A stretch of DNA of 64,000 nt, taken from assembly GCA_036505795.1 (NCBI GenBank), contig DASXSU010000049.1, forward strand, positions 3,980 through 67,979, read 5' to 3'. Below the pieces are notes generated by a model. It had not been told where the DNA came from, made no database searches, and worked only from the letters and a program-made list of their open reading frames with translations. The DNA is from Nitrospirales bacterium. GTDB taxonomy: Bacteria > Nitrospirota > Nitrospiria > Nitrospirales > NS-4. A program made the translations under genes and the position numbers. Shown piece after piece: positions 25,918 through 34,233 of this stretch; position 1 is the stretch's first letter, and each line of letters opens with the position of its first letter.

Positions 25918-26712
25918 ATGATCATTCGAATTCTTGGATGCCATGGCTCCGAGTTGCTCACGCGCGACGCCCAGGGAAGGTCTCACGAATGCAAGGCATG
26001 CGGGTTTTTAGTGAACGACACATGCATGGTGGATGCCGGGTCGATTGCCGGCAGCTTACACGAGCCCGAGCAGGACAAAATCCGAAACGTGCTGCTCTCG
26101 CATGCCCATTTCGATCACATTAAAGGTGTGCCCCTTCTTGCCGACAATATGGTCGGACGGACGCACGGAGCCCCGATCAGCGTCTGGGGCCTACCCGAAG
26201 TCCTGCATATCGTGCGTCGGCATATTTTTAATGACGAGGTCTATCCGGACTTCAGTCGATTGCCTACCGTGAAGGACGCGCCGCTGGTGTTCCAACCATT
26301 TGTCGATGAAAAGCCTGTCCAATTTGATGGCCTTGAAGTCGTCGCGGTGCGAGTGGATCACACGGTTCCCGCGGTGGGTTTTCTCGTTCGGGACGCGGAG
26401 GCCGCGTTTTTGTATAGCGGCGATACCGGGCCAACCCGTCGCATCTGGGAGGTGGCGAAGCAGGAACGCCGTTTAAAGGCGGCCTTCATCGAAACTTCTT
26501 TTCCAAATGACCACAAAGAGCTCGCCAAGGCCAGCGGCCACCTGACTCCAGAAATGCTGCATCCCGAGATCCTGAAACTCGGTCGACCCGACGTCCCCAT
26601 ATACATTTATCATCTCAAGCCCTCTTTCCGGGATCGCATACGGGAGGATCTTGAAGCCCTACGCCTGCCGAACCTCCAGGTCCTGGAGGAAGGCCAGACG
26701 ATTACCCTGTAA
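25918..26712 (+). CDS. metallo-beta-lactamase-fold hydrolase, class II 3',5'-cyclic-nucleotide phosphodiesterase-like
   Basis: MIIRILGCHGS..., LLSHAHFDHIKG (HxHxDH). Size and motif order resemble class II cAMP phosphodiesterases. Confidence 0.55.
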   Translation: MIIRILGCHGSELLTRDAQGRSHECKACGFLVNDTCMVDAGSIAGSLHEPEQDKIRNVLLSHAHFDHIKGVPLLADNMVGRTHGAPISVWGLPEVLHIVRRHIFNDEVYPDFSRLPTVKDAPLVFQPFVDEKPVQFDGLEVVAVRVDHTVPAVGFLVRDAEAAFLYSGDTGPTRRIWEVAKQERRLKAAFIETSFPNDHKELAKASGHLTPEMLHPEILKLGRPDVPIYIYHLKPSFRDRIREDLEALRLPNLQVLEEGQTITL

Positions 26713-26714
26713 GC

Positions 26715-27584
26715 ATGGCTTGGTTTAAAAAGGAGCGGCAACCATCCGGCAGTGACGGGAAAAAACCGGCTGGCTCCGAGGGGTTATGGCTGAAATGCAA
26801 CAATTGCCGGGAAATCATCTATCGAAAGGAAGTTGAGCGCAACGCGAAGGTCTGCCCGAAATGCGAATACCATTTTCCGATCTCCGTTGAAGACCGAATC
26901 GAGCTCCTCCTTGACCTCGGCACCTTCCGAGAGTGGGACCGTGACATAGCCCCCGCCGATCCGCTTCATTTCAAGGACACGCGCCGCTACCGAGACCGCC
27001 TGGTCGATAGCCAGGAACGCACAGGAAAAAAAGATGCCCTCGTGATAGGCGAAGGCCGCATTAATGGAGCGCGTCTGGCCTTAGGAGTATTTCACTTTGC
27101 CTTTATGGGGGGAAGTATGGGCTCGGTGGTGGGGGAAAAGGTGATTCTGGCCGCCGATCGCGCCTTACAGGAGCGGATCCCTTTGGTGCTGGTCACGACC
27201 TCGGGCGGCGCCCGCATGCAGGAGGGCATCTTCTCCCTCATGCAAATGGCAAAGACCGCCGCGGCGATGGGACGTCTTGCGGATGCCCGGGTACCGTACA
27301 TCTCGATTTTGGCGGATCCCACCTTCGGCGGGGTGACGGCGAGCTTTGCGATGTTGGGCGACGTGATTTTGGCTGAGCCCAAAGCGCTCATTGGCTTCGC
27401 CGGTCCGCGCGTGATCGAGCAGACCATCCGGCAACAGCTTCCGAAGGAATTTCAGCGCGCCGAATTTCTCTTGGAGCACGGCATCATTGATCTGATTGTC
27501 CCTCGCAAGAGGCTGAAGGAGACCGTTTCCGATCTCATCGGATTTTTTCGCTCGGATTCAGAGAAGCTTGCCCGCTCGCGCTGA
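26715..27584 (+). CDS. accD: acetyl-CoA carboxylase carboxyltransferase beta subunit
   Basis: Zinc ribbon CNNC...CPKC, GGSMGSVVGEK, GGARMQEG. Confidence 0.93.
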   Translation: MAWFKKERQPSGSDGKKPAGSEGLWLKCNNCREIIYRKEVERNAKVCPKCEYHFPISVEDRIELLLDLGTFREWDRDIAPADPLHFKDTRRYRDRLVDSQERTGKKDALVIGEGRINGARLALGVFHFAFMGGSMGSVVGEKVILAADRALQERIPLVLVTTSGGARMQEGIFSLMQMAKTAAAMGRLADARVPYISILADPTFGGVTASFAMLGDVILAEPKALIGFAGPRVIEQTIRQQLPKEFQRAEFLLEHGIIDLIVPRKRLKETVSDLIGFFRSDSEKLARSR

Positions 27585-27677
27585 CGTCGCCGTGTGAAGC
27601 TCTCACCAGAGAGTTGCAGCCCCTCCTCCTTTTGTGATAGAAGCGCTTCGCTTTCACCCCCCGGATGGCCTTAGCCT

Positions 27678-28997
27678 GTGGCCGCAGAATTTGAAAAAAG
27701 TCTTCAGTACCTTTATGCGCTTCAGAGCCACGGGATCAAACCCGGGCTGAGCCGGACGATCGCGTTACTGGAGGCTTTGGGAAATCCGCATTCTTCGTTT
27801 GGAGTGTTCCATGTCGCTGGGACGAACGGTAAGGGTTCCACGGCCGCTATGATAGCTTCGGTGCTGGCGGCTCAGGGATATCGGGTGGGACTCTACACCT
27901 CTCCTCATCTTATGGATTTTACCGAGCGCATTCAGATCAATGGGGCGCCCCTCACTCATGATGGCGCCGCCGCGCTGACCGAGATTGTGCGACACGCTGC
28001 CGAAAGGTGCCTGCAGGAGCCGCCCACATTCTTCGAAGCGACGACAGCGATGGCCTTCAGGCACTTTGCGGAAGAAGCCGTGCAGTTCGGGGTGATCGAA
28101 GTGGGACTCGGTGGCCGATACGACGCCACGAACGTGGTCGCACCGATCGTGACTGGCATCACCACGATTGCATTGGATCATCAGCAGTATTTGGGAAATA
28201 CGCTCGAAGCCATCGCCGGTGAGAAAGCGGGGATCATCAAGGACCATATCCCGGTTGTCGCCGGACGGATAGAAGCCCCAGCCCTCGCCGTCATTCAGAC
28301 ACAGGCTTTGCAGCGCGATGCGCCCTGTCGCTCGCTCGGCCGGGAATTCGACATCCAAGGGGAAAGCCCGGCGCAGTTTTCGTATCGAGGAATTTCGCAT
28401 TCCTATGCCGGTCTAATGTGTCCCCTAGCCGGACGTCATCAAATGGACAATGCCGCATGTGCGCTGGCCATGCTGGAAGTAGCGCAGGAGCGTGCGATAG
28501 GTATCTCGGACACCAGTGTGAGAACAGGACTTCAATCGGTACGCTGGCCCGGGCGTCTGGAGATTATCGGTTGGCAGCCACGGATTCTGCTCGATGGAGC
28601 CCATAATCCGCAGGCGGCCGCCGTGTTGGCGACCTATCTCGCTGAACAGAATGCGCGACCATCCACGCCGGCAGCAAGGCTCATTCTTGTGGTCGGGATG
28701 ATGCGCGACAAAGATCGAGAGCAGGTGCTGGCGAGACTGGCGGGGATCCCAGGCGCGAGTCACCTGATTCTTACAAAGGCGATGCATCCACGCGCCGCTG
28801 AGCCAGAAGAATTGGCCCTGGCTGCAGCCGGGCTGCGAATTCCGATTGAACTCCTGCCATCCATCCCTGCGGCACTCGCTCGCGCGCGCGGGATCGCACA
28901 TCACGACGATACGATCTGCGTCACCGGCTCGCTCGCAGTGGTCGGGGAAGCCAAAGCCATCCTGGAAAACGCCACTGTGTCTGATCTCCGAGGCTGA
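27678..28997 (+). CDS. folC: dihydrofolate synthase / folylpolyglutamate synthase
   Basis: HVAGTNGKGST P-loop, Mur-ligase-type architecture, classic accD-folC synteny. Confidence 0.9.
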   Translation: MAAEFEKSLQYLYALQSHGIKPGLSRTIALLEALGNPHSSFGVFHVAGTNGKGSTAAMIASVLAAQGYRVGLYTSPHLMDFTERIQINGAPLTHDGAAALTEIVRHAAERCLQEPPTFFEATTAMAFRHFAEEAVQFGVIEVGLGGRYDATNVVAPIVTGITTIALDHQQYLGNTLEAIAGEKAGIIKDHIPVVAGRIEAPALAVIQTQALQRDAPCRSLGREFDIQGESPAQFSYRGISHSYAGLMCPLAGRHQMDNAACALAMLEVAQERAIGISDTSVRTGLQSVRWPGRLEIIGWQPRILLDGAHNPQAAAVLATYLAEQNARPSTPAARLILVVGMMRDKDREQVLARLAGIPGASHLILTKAMHPRAAEPEELALAAAGLRIPIELLPSIPAALARARGIAHHDDTICVTGSLAVVGEAKAILENATVSDLRG

Positions 28998-28999
28998 AT

Positions 29000-31165
29000 G
29001 TGACCGCTCGGGGAATGCTCCTGCTGGCACTGCTGATGCTGACCATGTGGCCCGAAATCTTTATGGCGGCGGAAGGAGGGTCGACCCGTCCTACGCACAT
29101 CCAGGCGGATACGCTGACGTACGACAAGAAGGCCGGGGTCTATCACGGCATCGGTCGCGTGGTGATCGTTCAAGGGCCGTTGCGGTTGGACGCCGATGAT
29201 GTTGTCTTAGACGTGATGACCGGGCAATTGGCCGCCGTCGGCCACGTCCACCTTGATGATGGTCTTCGGGACATGCATGGGGACCGGATGGATCTCAATA
29301 TCAATACGTCCAAGGGCGTCATCTTTCACGGCCGCATCTTTGTGGTGGATGGCCACGTCACCTTGGACGGACGCGTCATCGACCGCTTGTCGGAAAGTCA
29401 GTATGAACTCGAGGAGGCGACGTTTACGACGTGTAGTCAAGTAGAGGGAGAACGCCTGCCCTGGCAGTTTAAGGCCGAAGAGGCCGAGCTTCACGTGGAT
29501 GGCTTTCTGTACGCGCGGCATACTCGTTTTTGTCTTCTTGATATCCCGGTACTCTACCTGCCCGCGATATTGTTTCCGGCAAAGCGAGAACGCGCGACCG
29601 GCCTGTTGTTCCCATCTATAGGCGCCGGCGAGCAACAGGGCTTGAAAATCAGGCAGGCCTTGTTTTTGGAAATCAGCCGCAGCCAAGACGCCACCGTCGC
29701 CCTCGATTACCGCGGGAAACTGGGAGTTGGCGGAGACCTGGAATACCGCTACATCCTTTCAAAGGACACCGAGGGCAAGCTCTTCACCAAATATTTCCGC
29801 GACACGCAGAGCGGTGTCGGCCGGTTGGATCTGACCTATCGCCATCTGACAAAGTTTTCCGAGGACTTGCAAGGCCGAATTGATATCAATTACCTCAATC
29901 AAAAAACCAATCTGAGTGTCTTGAGCGAAAATGTGCTCCAGCGCGTGGCCGTGTTTCAGGAGTCCCAGGCCTATTTAACCCAGCGCTGGAACAATCAGGT
30001 TCTCTACGGGCTGGCCCGCTACTCCCAGAATCTGACATTTTCCGGCAGGTCGACTCTCCAGACGTTGCCGGAGGTCGGCTATAGCCTGTTACCTGCGCGC
30101 CTCGGCAGTCTCCCGATCTACAGCGGAGTCGATATCACTTTTGACAACTTTTATCGTCAAGAAGGGATCGATGCGCGGCGTGTCGATCTGTTCCCGCGCG
30201 TATGGACGCCACTACCGATCGGGCGCTACTTGACCGTCACGCCTTTGCTCGGTTTCCGTGAGACATTTTACACTCACAGTGCCCAATCCGATCAATCGAC
30301 GTCACGCGAGGTTCCGTACTTCAGTACTCTGCTGGACACACGGCTGGTCCGTCGATTTCAGCCTGACGGCGGCTCAGGGATCCTTCATAAAGTCGAGTCG
30401 TCGCTCATCTATGAATATCTGCCTGCCACGCGCCAGTCCGAGCTACCGGCCTTCAATGACCTTGATCGGTTGGTGAAGAAGAATCTTGTCACCTATCGCG
30501 TAACAAACCGCCTGTCGACAAAGGTCTTTGACGGCGATACGCGTCAGAATTTGGAGTTCGCTTACCTCCGGCTGACCGAAAGCCAACATCTCACCTCCTC
30601 CCCGACCGGCAAGCCATTTTCGGACCTTCGGACAGAATTGATTCTACGCACCCTCAAGCCGATGCCGATTATTGTGGATATCGATACGTTCTATAATCAT
30701 TATGAATCGGCTGTCACGCAGGTCAATACGGATATCACCGTTGAGCTTACAAAGCGCTATTTTTTCAGCATTGGAGAGCGCTTCACCCGGGCCGGGAATG
30801 TTCCTGCCAGGGGTGACCTCTTCAATCCGATTTCGCTCAATGAACAATTGGTTCGGACCGGGACAACGCATTTTTACTTCGCACAGTTCGGCGCGGCACT
30901 TCCGTACAATTTCTATTTCGTGACACGCGGCTACTTTGACAAAGATGACGGCGTTTTTCCGGAGATCAATTACGGGCTGTACTATGTCGGTTCGAACCGC
31001 TGCTGGGGTGTCGGCGCCTTCTTTATCCAGCGACCGGGGCAGGCGTCGGAGTATGCGGTCGTGTTGACCTTAGGAGGCGTTGGCTATACTGATTCGCCGT
31101 TCAGCGCGCTTTACCGGGTTCTTTTCGAGCGACTGGGGCTGGACATCCAAAAGCTTCGGTTTTGA
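29000..31165 (+). CDS. lptD: LPS-assembly outer-membrane protein LptD (OstA family)
   Basis: Signal peptide, OstA-like N-terminus (IQADTLTYDKKAGVYHGIGRVVIVQG), long beta-barrel-type region rich in aromatic-x-aromatic strands, C-terminal F. Confidence 0.8.
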   Translation: MTARGMLLLALLMLTMWPEIFMAAEGGSTRPTHIQADTLTYDKKAGVYHGIGRVVIVQGPLRLDADDVVLDVMTGQLAAVGHVHLDDGLRDMHGDRMDLNINTSKGVIFHGRIFVVDGHVTLDGRVIDRLSESQYELEEATFTTCSQVEGERLPWQFKAEEAELHVDGFLYARHTRFCLLDIPVLYLPAILFPAKRERATGLLFPSIGAGEQQGLKIRQALFLEISRSQDATVALDYRGKLGVGGDLEYRYILSKDTEGKLFTKYFRDTQSGVGRLDLTYRHLTKFSEDLQGRIDINYLNQKTNLSVLSENVLQRVAVFQESQAYLTQRWNNQVLYGLARYSQNLTFSGRSTLQTLPEVGYSLLPARLGSLPIYSGVDITFDNFYRQEGIDARRVDLFPRVWTPLPIGRYLTVTPLLGFRETFYTHSAQSDQSTSREVPYFSTLLDTRLVRRFQPDGGSGILHKVESSLIYEYLPATRQSELPAFNDLDRLVKKNLVTYRVTNRLSTKVFDGDTRQNLEFAYLRLTESQHLTSSPTGKPFSDLRTELILRTLKPMPIIVDIDTFYNHYESAVTQVNTDITVELTKRYFFSIGERFTRAGNVPARGDLFNPISLNEQLVRTGTTHFYFAQFGAALPYNFYFVTRGYFDKDDGVFPEINYGLYYVGSNRCWGVGAFFIQRPGQASEYAVVLTLGGVGYTDSPFSALYRVLFERLGLDIQKLRF

Positions 31166-31221
31166 GCAGGGTTTCGTGGGCTATCTTGACAACCGTGACC
31201 ACCGCACTCGCATAATTCCCC

Positions 31222-31731
31222 ATGCGACCTAGATATCGAGTAGGACTGACGTCGGCCTTGGTGGCATTGAGTTTTGCCCCGGCCGGGTTGATTGGGATCG
31301 TCGGCGGCACTTTCGTCCCTGTCTCCCATACCGACAATGGTCGGCGAATTTTTATGTATGGCACGACTGTAGGGGGAAGGGTCCTTGAAAACAGCCATGG
31401 GATGGAAGGTGTCGGATGCGCCATGTGCCATGGGCCGGACGGACGCGGGGGCGTGATGCATGGCATCCCGGCCCCCGATATCACCTTAGCCCGCCTGCTG
31501 GATCCCCAAGGGCACGACCATGAAGTGACCGGCCGTCGCCACCCCGCCTTTAACCGCGAAACTGTCAAGGCGGCGATCGTCGCCGGCATCGATCCAGGAG
31601 GGAATACGCTGGATGAAGAGATGCCGCGATGGACCGGTCTCTCCGGTAAGGATTTGGACGATTTAATGGATTACTTGCAGTCCCTCTCGCGAGTGAACCG
31701 ACCCCGGACTCCGGCTCCGCAACCGATGTGA
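31222..31731 (+). CDS. monohaem c-type cytochrome
   Basis: Signal/anchor segment and haem motif CAMCHGPDGRGG. Confidence 0.7.
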   Translation: MRPRYRVGLTSALVALSFAPAGLIGIVGGTFVPVSHTDNGRRIFMYGTTVGGRVLENSHGMEGVGCAMCHGPDGRGGVMHGIPAPDITLARLLDPQGHDHEVTGRRHPAFNRETVKAAIVAGIDPGGNTLDEEMPRWTGLSGKDLDDLMDYLQSLSRVNRPRTPAPQPM

Positions 31732-31739
31732 TCTCCACA

Positions 31740-31769
31740 TTGACAGAATTCCGCTGCGTGGGCTACATT
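31740..31769 (+). promoter_or_regulatory. sigma-70-like promoter upstream of trxA
   Basis: TTGACA-18 nt-TACATT. Confidence 0.4.
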
Positions 31770-31783
31770 CAGAGGTACAGATT

Positions 31784-31800
31784 CTATCGATCATCGATAG
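31784..31800. promoter_or_regulatory. perfect 8-1-8 palindrome CTATCGAT-C-ATCGATAG (candidate operator)
   Basis: Read directly. Located between the putative -10 element and the GGGAGG RBS of trxA. Confidence 0.4.
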
Positions 31801-31824
31801 TTTGGCAACCTGGGAGGCATCAGC

Positions 31825-32160
31825 GTGAGTAAGGCTACTCCTGTCAGTTCAACCACTTGGGATACTGAAGTCGGCAAGGCTGATGGCCTTGTACTGGTCG
31901 ATTTTTGGGCGGTATGGTGCGGCCCCTGCCAGATGGTTGCCCCGATTGTTGACGAGCTGGCGACGGAATATAACGGCAAGCTCAAATTCATGAAGCTCAA
32001 TACGGATGAGAATCCAGATGTGGCCGGTCGATACGGCATTATGAGCATTCCGACGCTGCTATTTTTTAAGGGTGGTCAACCGGTCGATAAGGTTGTCGGG
32101 GCCGTGCCGAAAAAAGTCCTCAAGGACGCCATCGACCGCCTTCTAGCGCCTACCGCGTAG
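31825..32160 (+). CDS. trxA: thioredoxin
   Basis: WAVWCGPCQMVAP active site, 111 aa. Confidence 0.93.
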   Translation: MSKATPVSSTTWDTEVGKADGLVLVDFWAVWCGPCQMVAPIVDELATEYNGKLKFMKLNTDENPDVAGRYGIMSIPTLLFFKGGQPVDKVVGAVPKKVLKDAIDRLLAPTA

Positions 32161-32169
32161 CGAACCCAT

Positions 32170-33858
32170 GTGCTGACCGAGCTCCGGATTCGGAACTTCG
32201 CGATCATTGATGAAGTCGGGCTCGAGTTTTCAGATGGATTCACCGTGCTGACCGGTGAGACCGGTGCCGGAAAGTCGATCCTTGTCGATGCCCTCGATCT
32301 TCTGATCGGCGGCCGCGCATCGGGGGATCTTGTGCGAACGGGCGCCGAGGAGGCAGAAGTCTCCGGAGTTTTTGATATTGCCGGAAACGCTCCGGTCATT
32401 CAGCTCTTGAGTGAGCACGATCTTCTCGGCGCCGGCGAAACTGATTTGATTTTCCGACGCATTCTCTCCCGCCTCGGTCGGCATCGCCTGCATGTGAATG
32501 GCCGTCCCGTGACTCTTGGCACGGTGCAGGCCCTCGGCGGGCTTCTCGTCGACATCCACGGACAACACGACCAACAATCCCTCTTCAAACCGGCAGTGCA
32601 GTTGCAACTGCTCGACGCCTTCGGAAGCCTCACCAAGCTACAGGCTCAATACGCGACTGTCTTTGGGAACATGCGGGAGATAGAGACGCGCCTCAAAGAG
32701 CGTCGTCAGGGTGCGGCCGATTTGCAATCCCGTGAAGAGCTGCTCCGTTACCAGGTATCCGAGGTCAATGCGGCCGATCCGCGGCCCGGCGAAGATCGTG
32801 AATTGCAACATGAGCGGTTATTGCTGTCGCAGGGGAGACGACTGGCCGAGCTTGTTCAACAAATGTATGGTCCCCTCTATGAGGATGAAGGGTCGATCCT
32901 TGGCGCTCTGCGTGGCCTGGAAGCCCCTTTCAAGGAGCTGACGGGTATCGATACGGATCTGTCCGCCGATCGCGAGCGATTTGCAACAGTCGTGACCGAG
33001 TTGCTTGACCTCGCTCATCGTTTGCGTGATTACCGGGATCGATTGGAATTCGATCCGGAACGCCTGGAGAAGATCGAGGTCCGGTTGGATCTTCTCCATC
33101 GGCTCATGAAAAAGTACGGGGGGTCATTGGAAGAGGTGACACGGCGACAGCTCGAAGCCGAACAGCAGCTTCGCGAGATCGAAACGGTAGAAGCGGAGCT
33201 TGCTACCCTCACGGCGGAGGCGACCAAGGTTCGCCAAGAAGCGTTTCAGCAAGCGGATGTGCTATCGCGGAAACGGCACAAAGCGGCCGGCGATCTTGAA
33301 AAGCAATTGGAGAAGGAGCTCAAAGCCTTGCAGATGGATCGGGCTCGAGTGAAAATCACGGTCGAGTCGAGAGGCGAAGATCAAGCTGCTTCTTTGTGTG
33401 CTACTGGAATCGATGATGTCCAGTTTCTGTTCTCGGCCAATGCCGGCGAACCGCTTCAACCGCTGACCCGCATTGCCTCCGGCGGGGAGCTTTCCCGGGT
33501 GATGCTGGCTGTCAAGACGGTCCTCGGGCGTGTGGATCCGGTGCCGGTATTGGTCTTCGACGAGGTGGATGCCGGCATCGGCGGCGCCGTCGCGGAGACG
33601 GTTGGAAAGCGGCTCAAGCAATTGAGCCGCCAAGGTCATCAGGTCTTTTGCATTACCCATCTCGCGCCGATTGCGGCGCAAGCCCAGTCTCACTTCGCGG
33701 TCACGAAAGAAGCCAAAGGCGGTCGGACGATTACCAGCGTGAGCCGATTGAATGCCGGCGCTCGTGTGGAGGAAGTCGCGCGCATGCTGGGCGGCGCCAC
33801 TATTACTCCTAAAATTCGCGATACCGCGCAGGAAATGCTCGCAGCCGGACAGAAATAA
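32170..33858 (+). CDS. recN: DNA repair protein RecN
   Basis: LRIRNFAIID..LTGETGAGKSI Walker A, long coiled coil, SGGELSRVMLA signature, LVFDEVDAGIGG Walker B. Confidence 0.93.
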   Translation: MLTELRIRNFAIIDEVGLEFSDGFTVLTGETGAGKSILVDALDLLIGGRASGDLVRTGAEEAEVSGVFDIAGNAPVIQLLSEHDLLGAGETDLIFRRILSRLGRHRLHVNGRPVTLGTVQALGGLLVDIHGQHDQQSLFKPAVQLQLLDAFGSLTKLQAQYATVFGNMREIETRLKERRQGAADLQSREELLRYQVSEVNAADPRPGEDRELQHERLLLSQGRRLAELVQQMYGPLYEDEGSILGALRGLEAPFKELTGIDTDLSADRERFATVVTELLDLAHRLRDYRDRLEFDPERLEKIEVRLDLLHRLMKKYGGSLEEVTRRQLEAEQQLREIETVEAELATLTAEATKVRQEAFQQADVLSRKRHKAAGDLEKQLEKELKALQMDRARVKITVESRGEDQAASLCATGIDDVQFLFSANAGEPLQPLTRIASGGELSRVMLAVKTVLGRVDPVPVLVFDEVDAGIGGAVAETVGKRLKQLSRQGHQVFCITHLAPIAAQAQSHFAVTKEAKGGRTITSVSRLNAGARVEEVARMLGGATITPKIRDTAQEMLAAGQK

Positions 33859-34233
33859 CAGAATATCTCCCTAATGCCTTGAGGCACAGGGTCAGGTGCG
33901 GGCGACTCTTTCCCTTTACGAACGCCCCAGTCCTTGGGACTAAACCGCGGGTCCTGCCGCCGATCGGCCGCTGCTACGCGGCGCTCCGCGAAGCGCAAGC
34001 AAGTCGCGGCGCGTATCGCGGCCTGAATCGGCGTCACCCGCGCCGCATCGGTTTTTCTGTGCAGAGATCGTGCCGTACTCTTCATGAATCAGCGCCTGAT
34101 GTAGCTTCTTCACTGCTGTTTAGGCTTGAGAAACTGTTCACGCGGGTGGCGGAAACCGGGCGCCCGGCCGCGCACAACGAATCGTCTGCGTTGAAGTGAG
34201 CACGGCTGGGCTGGTTGCCGACAGGACCTGCGA

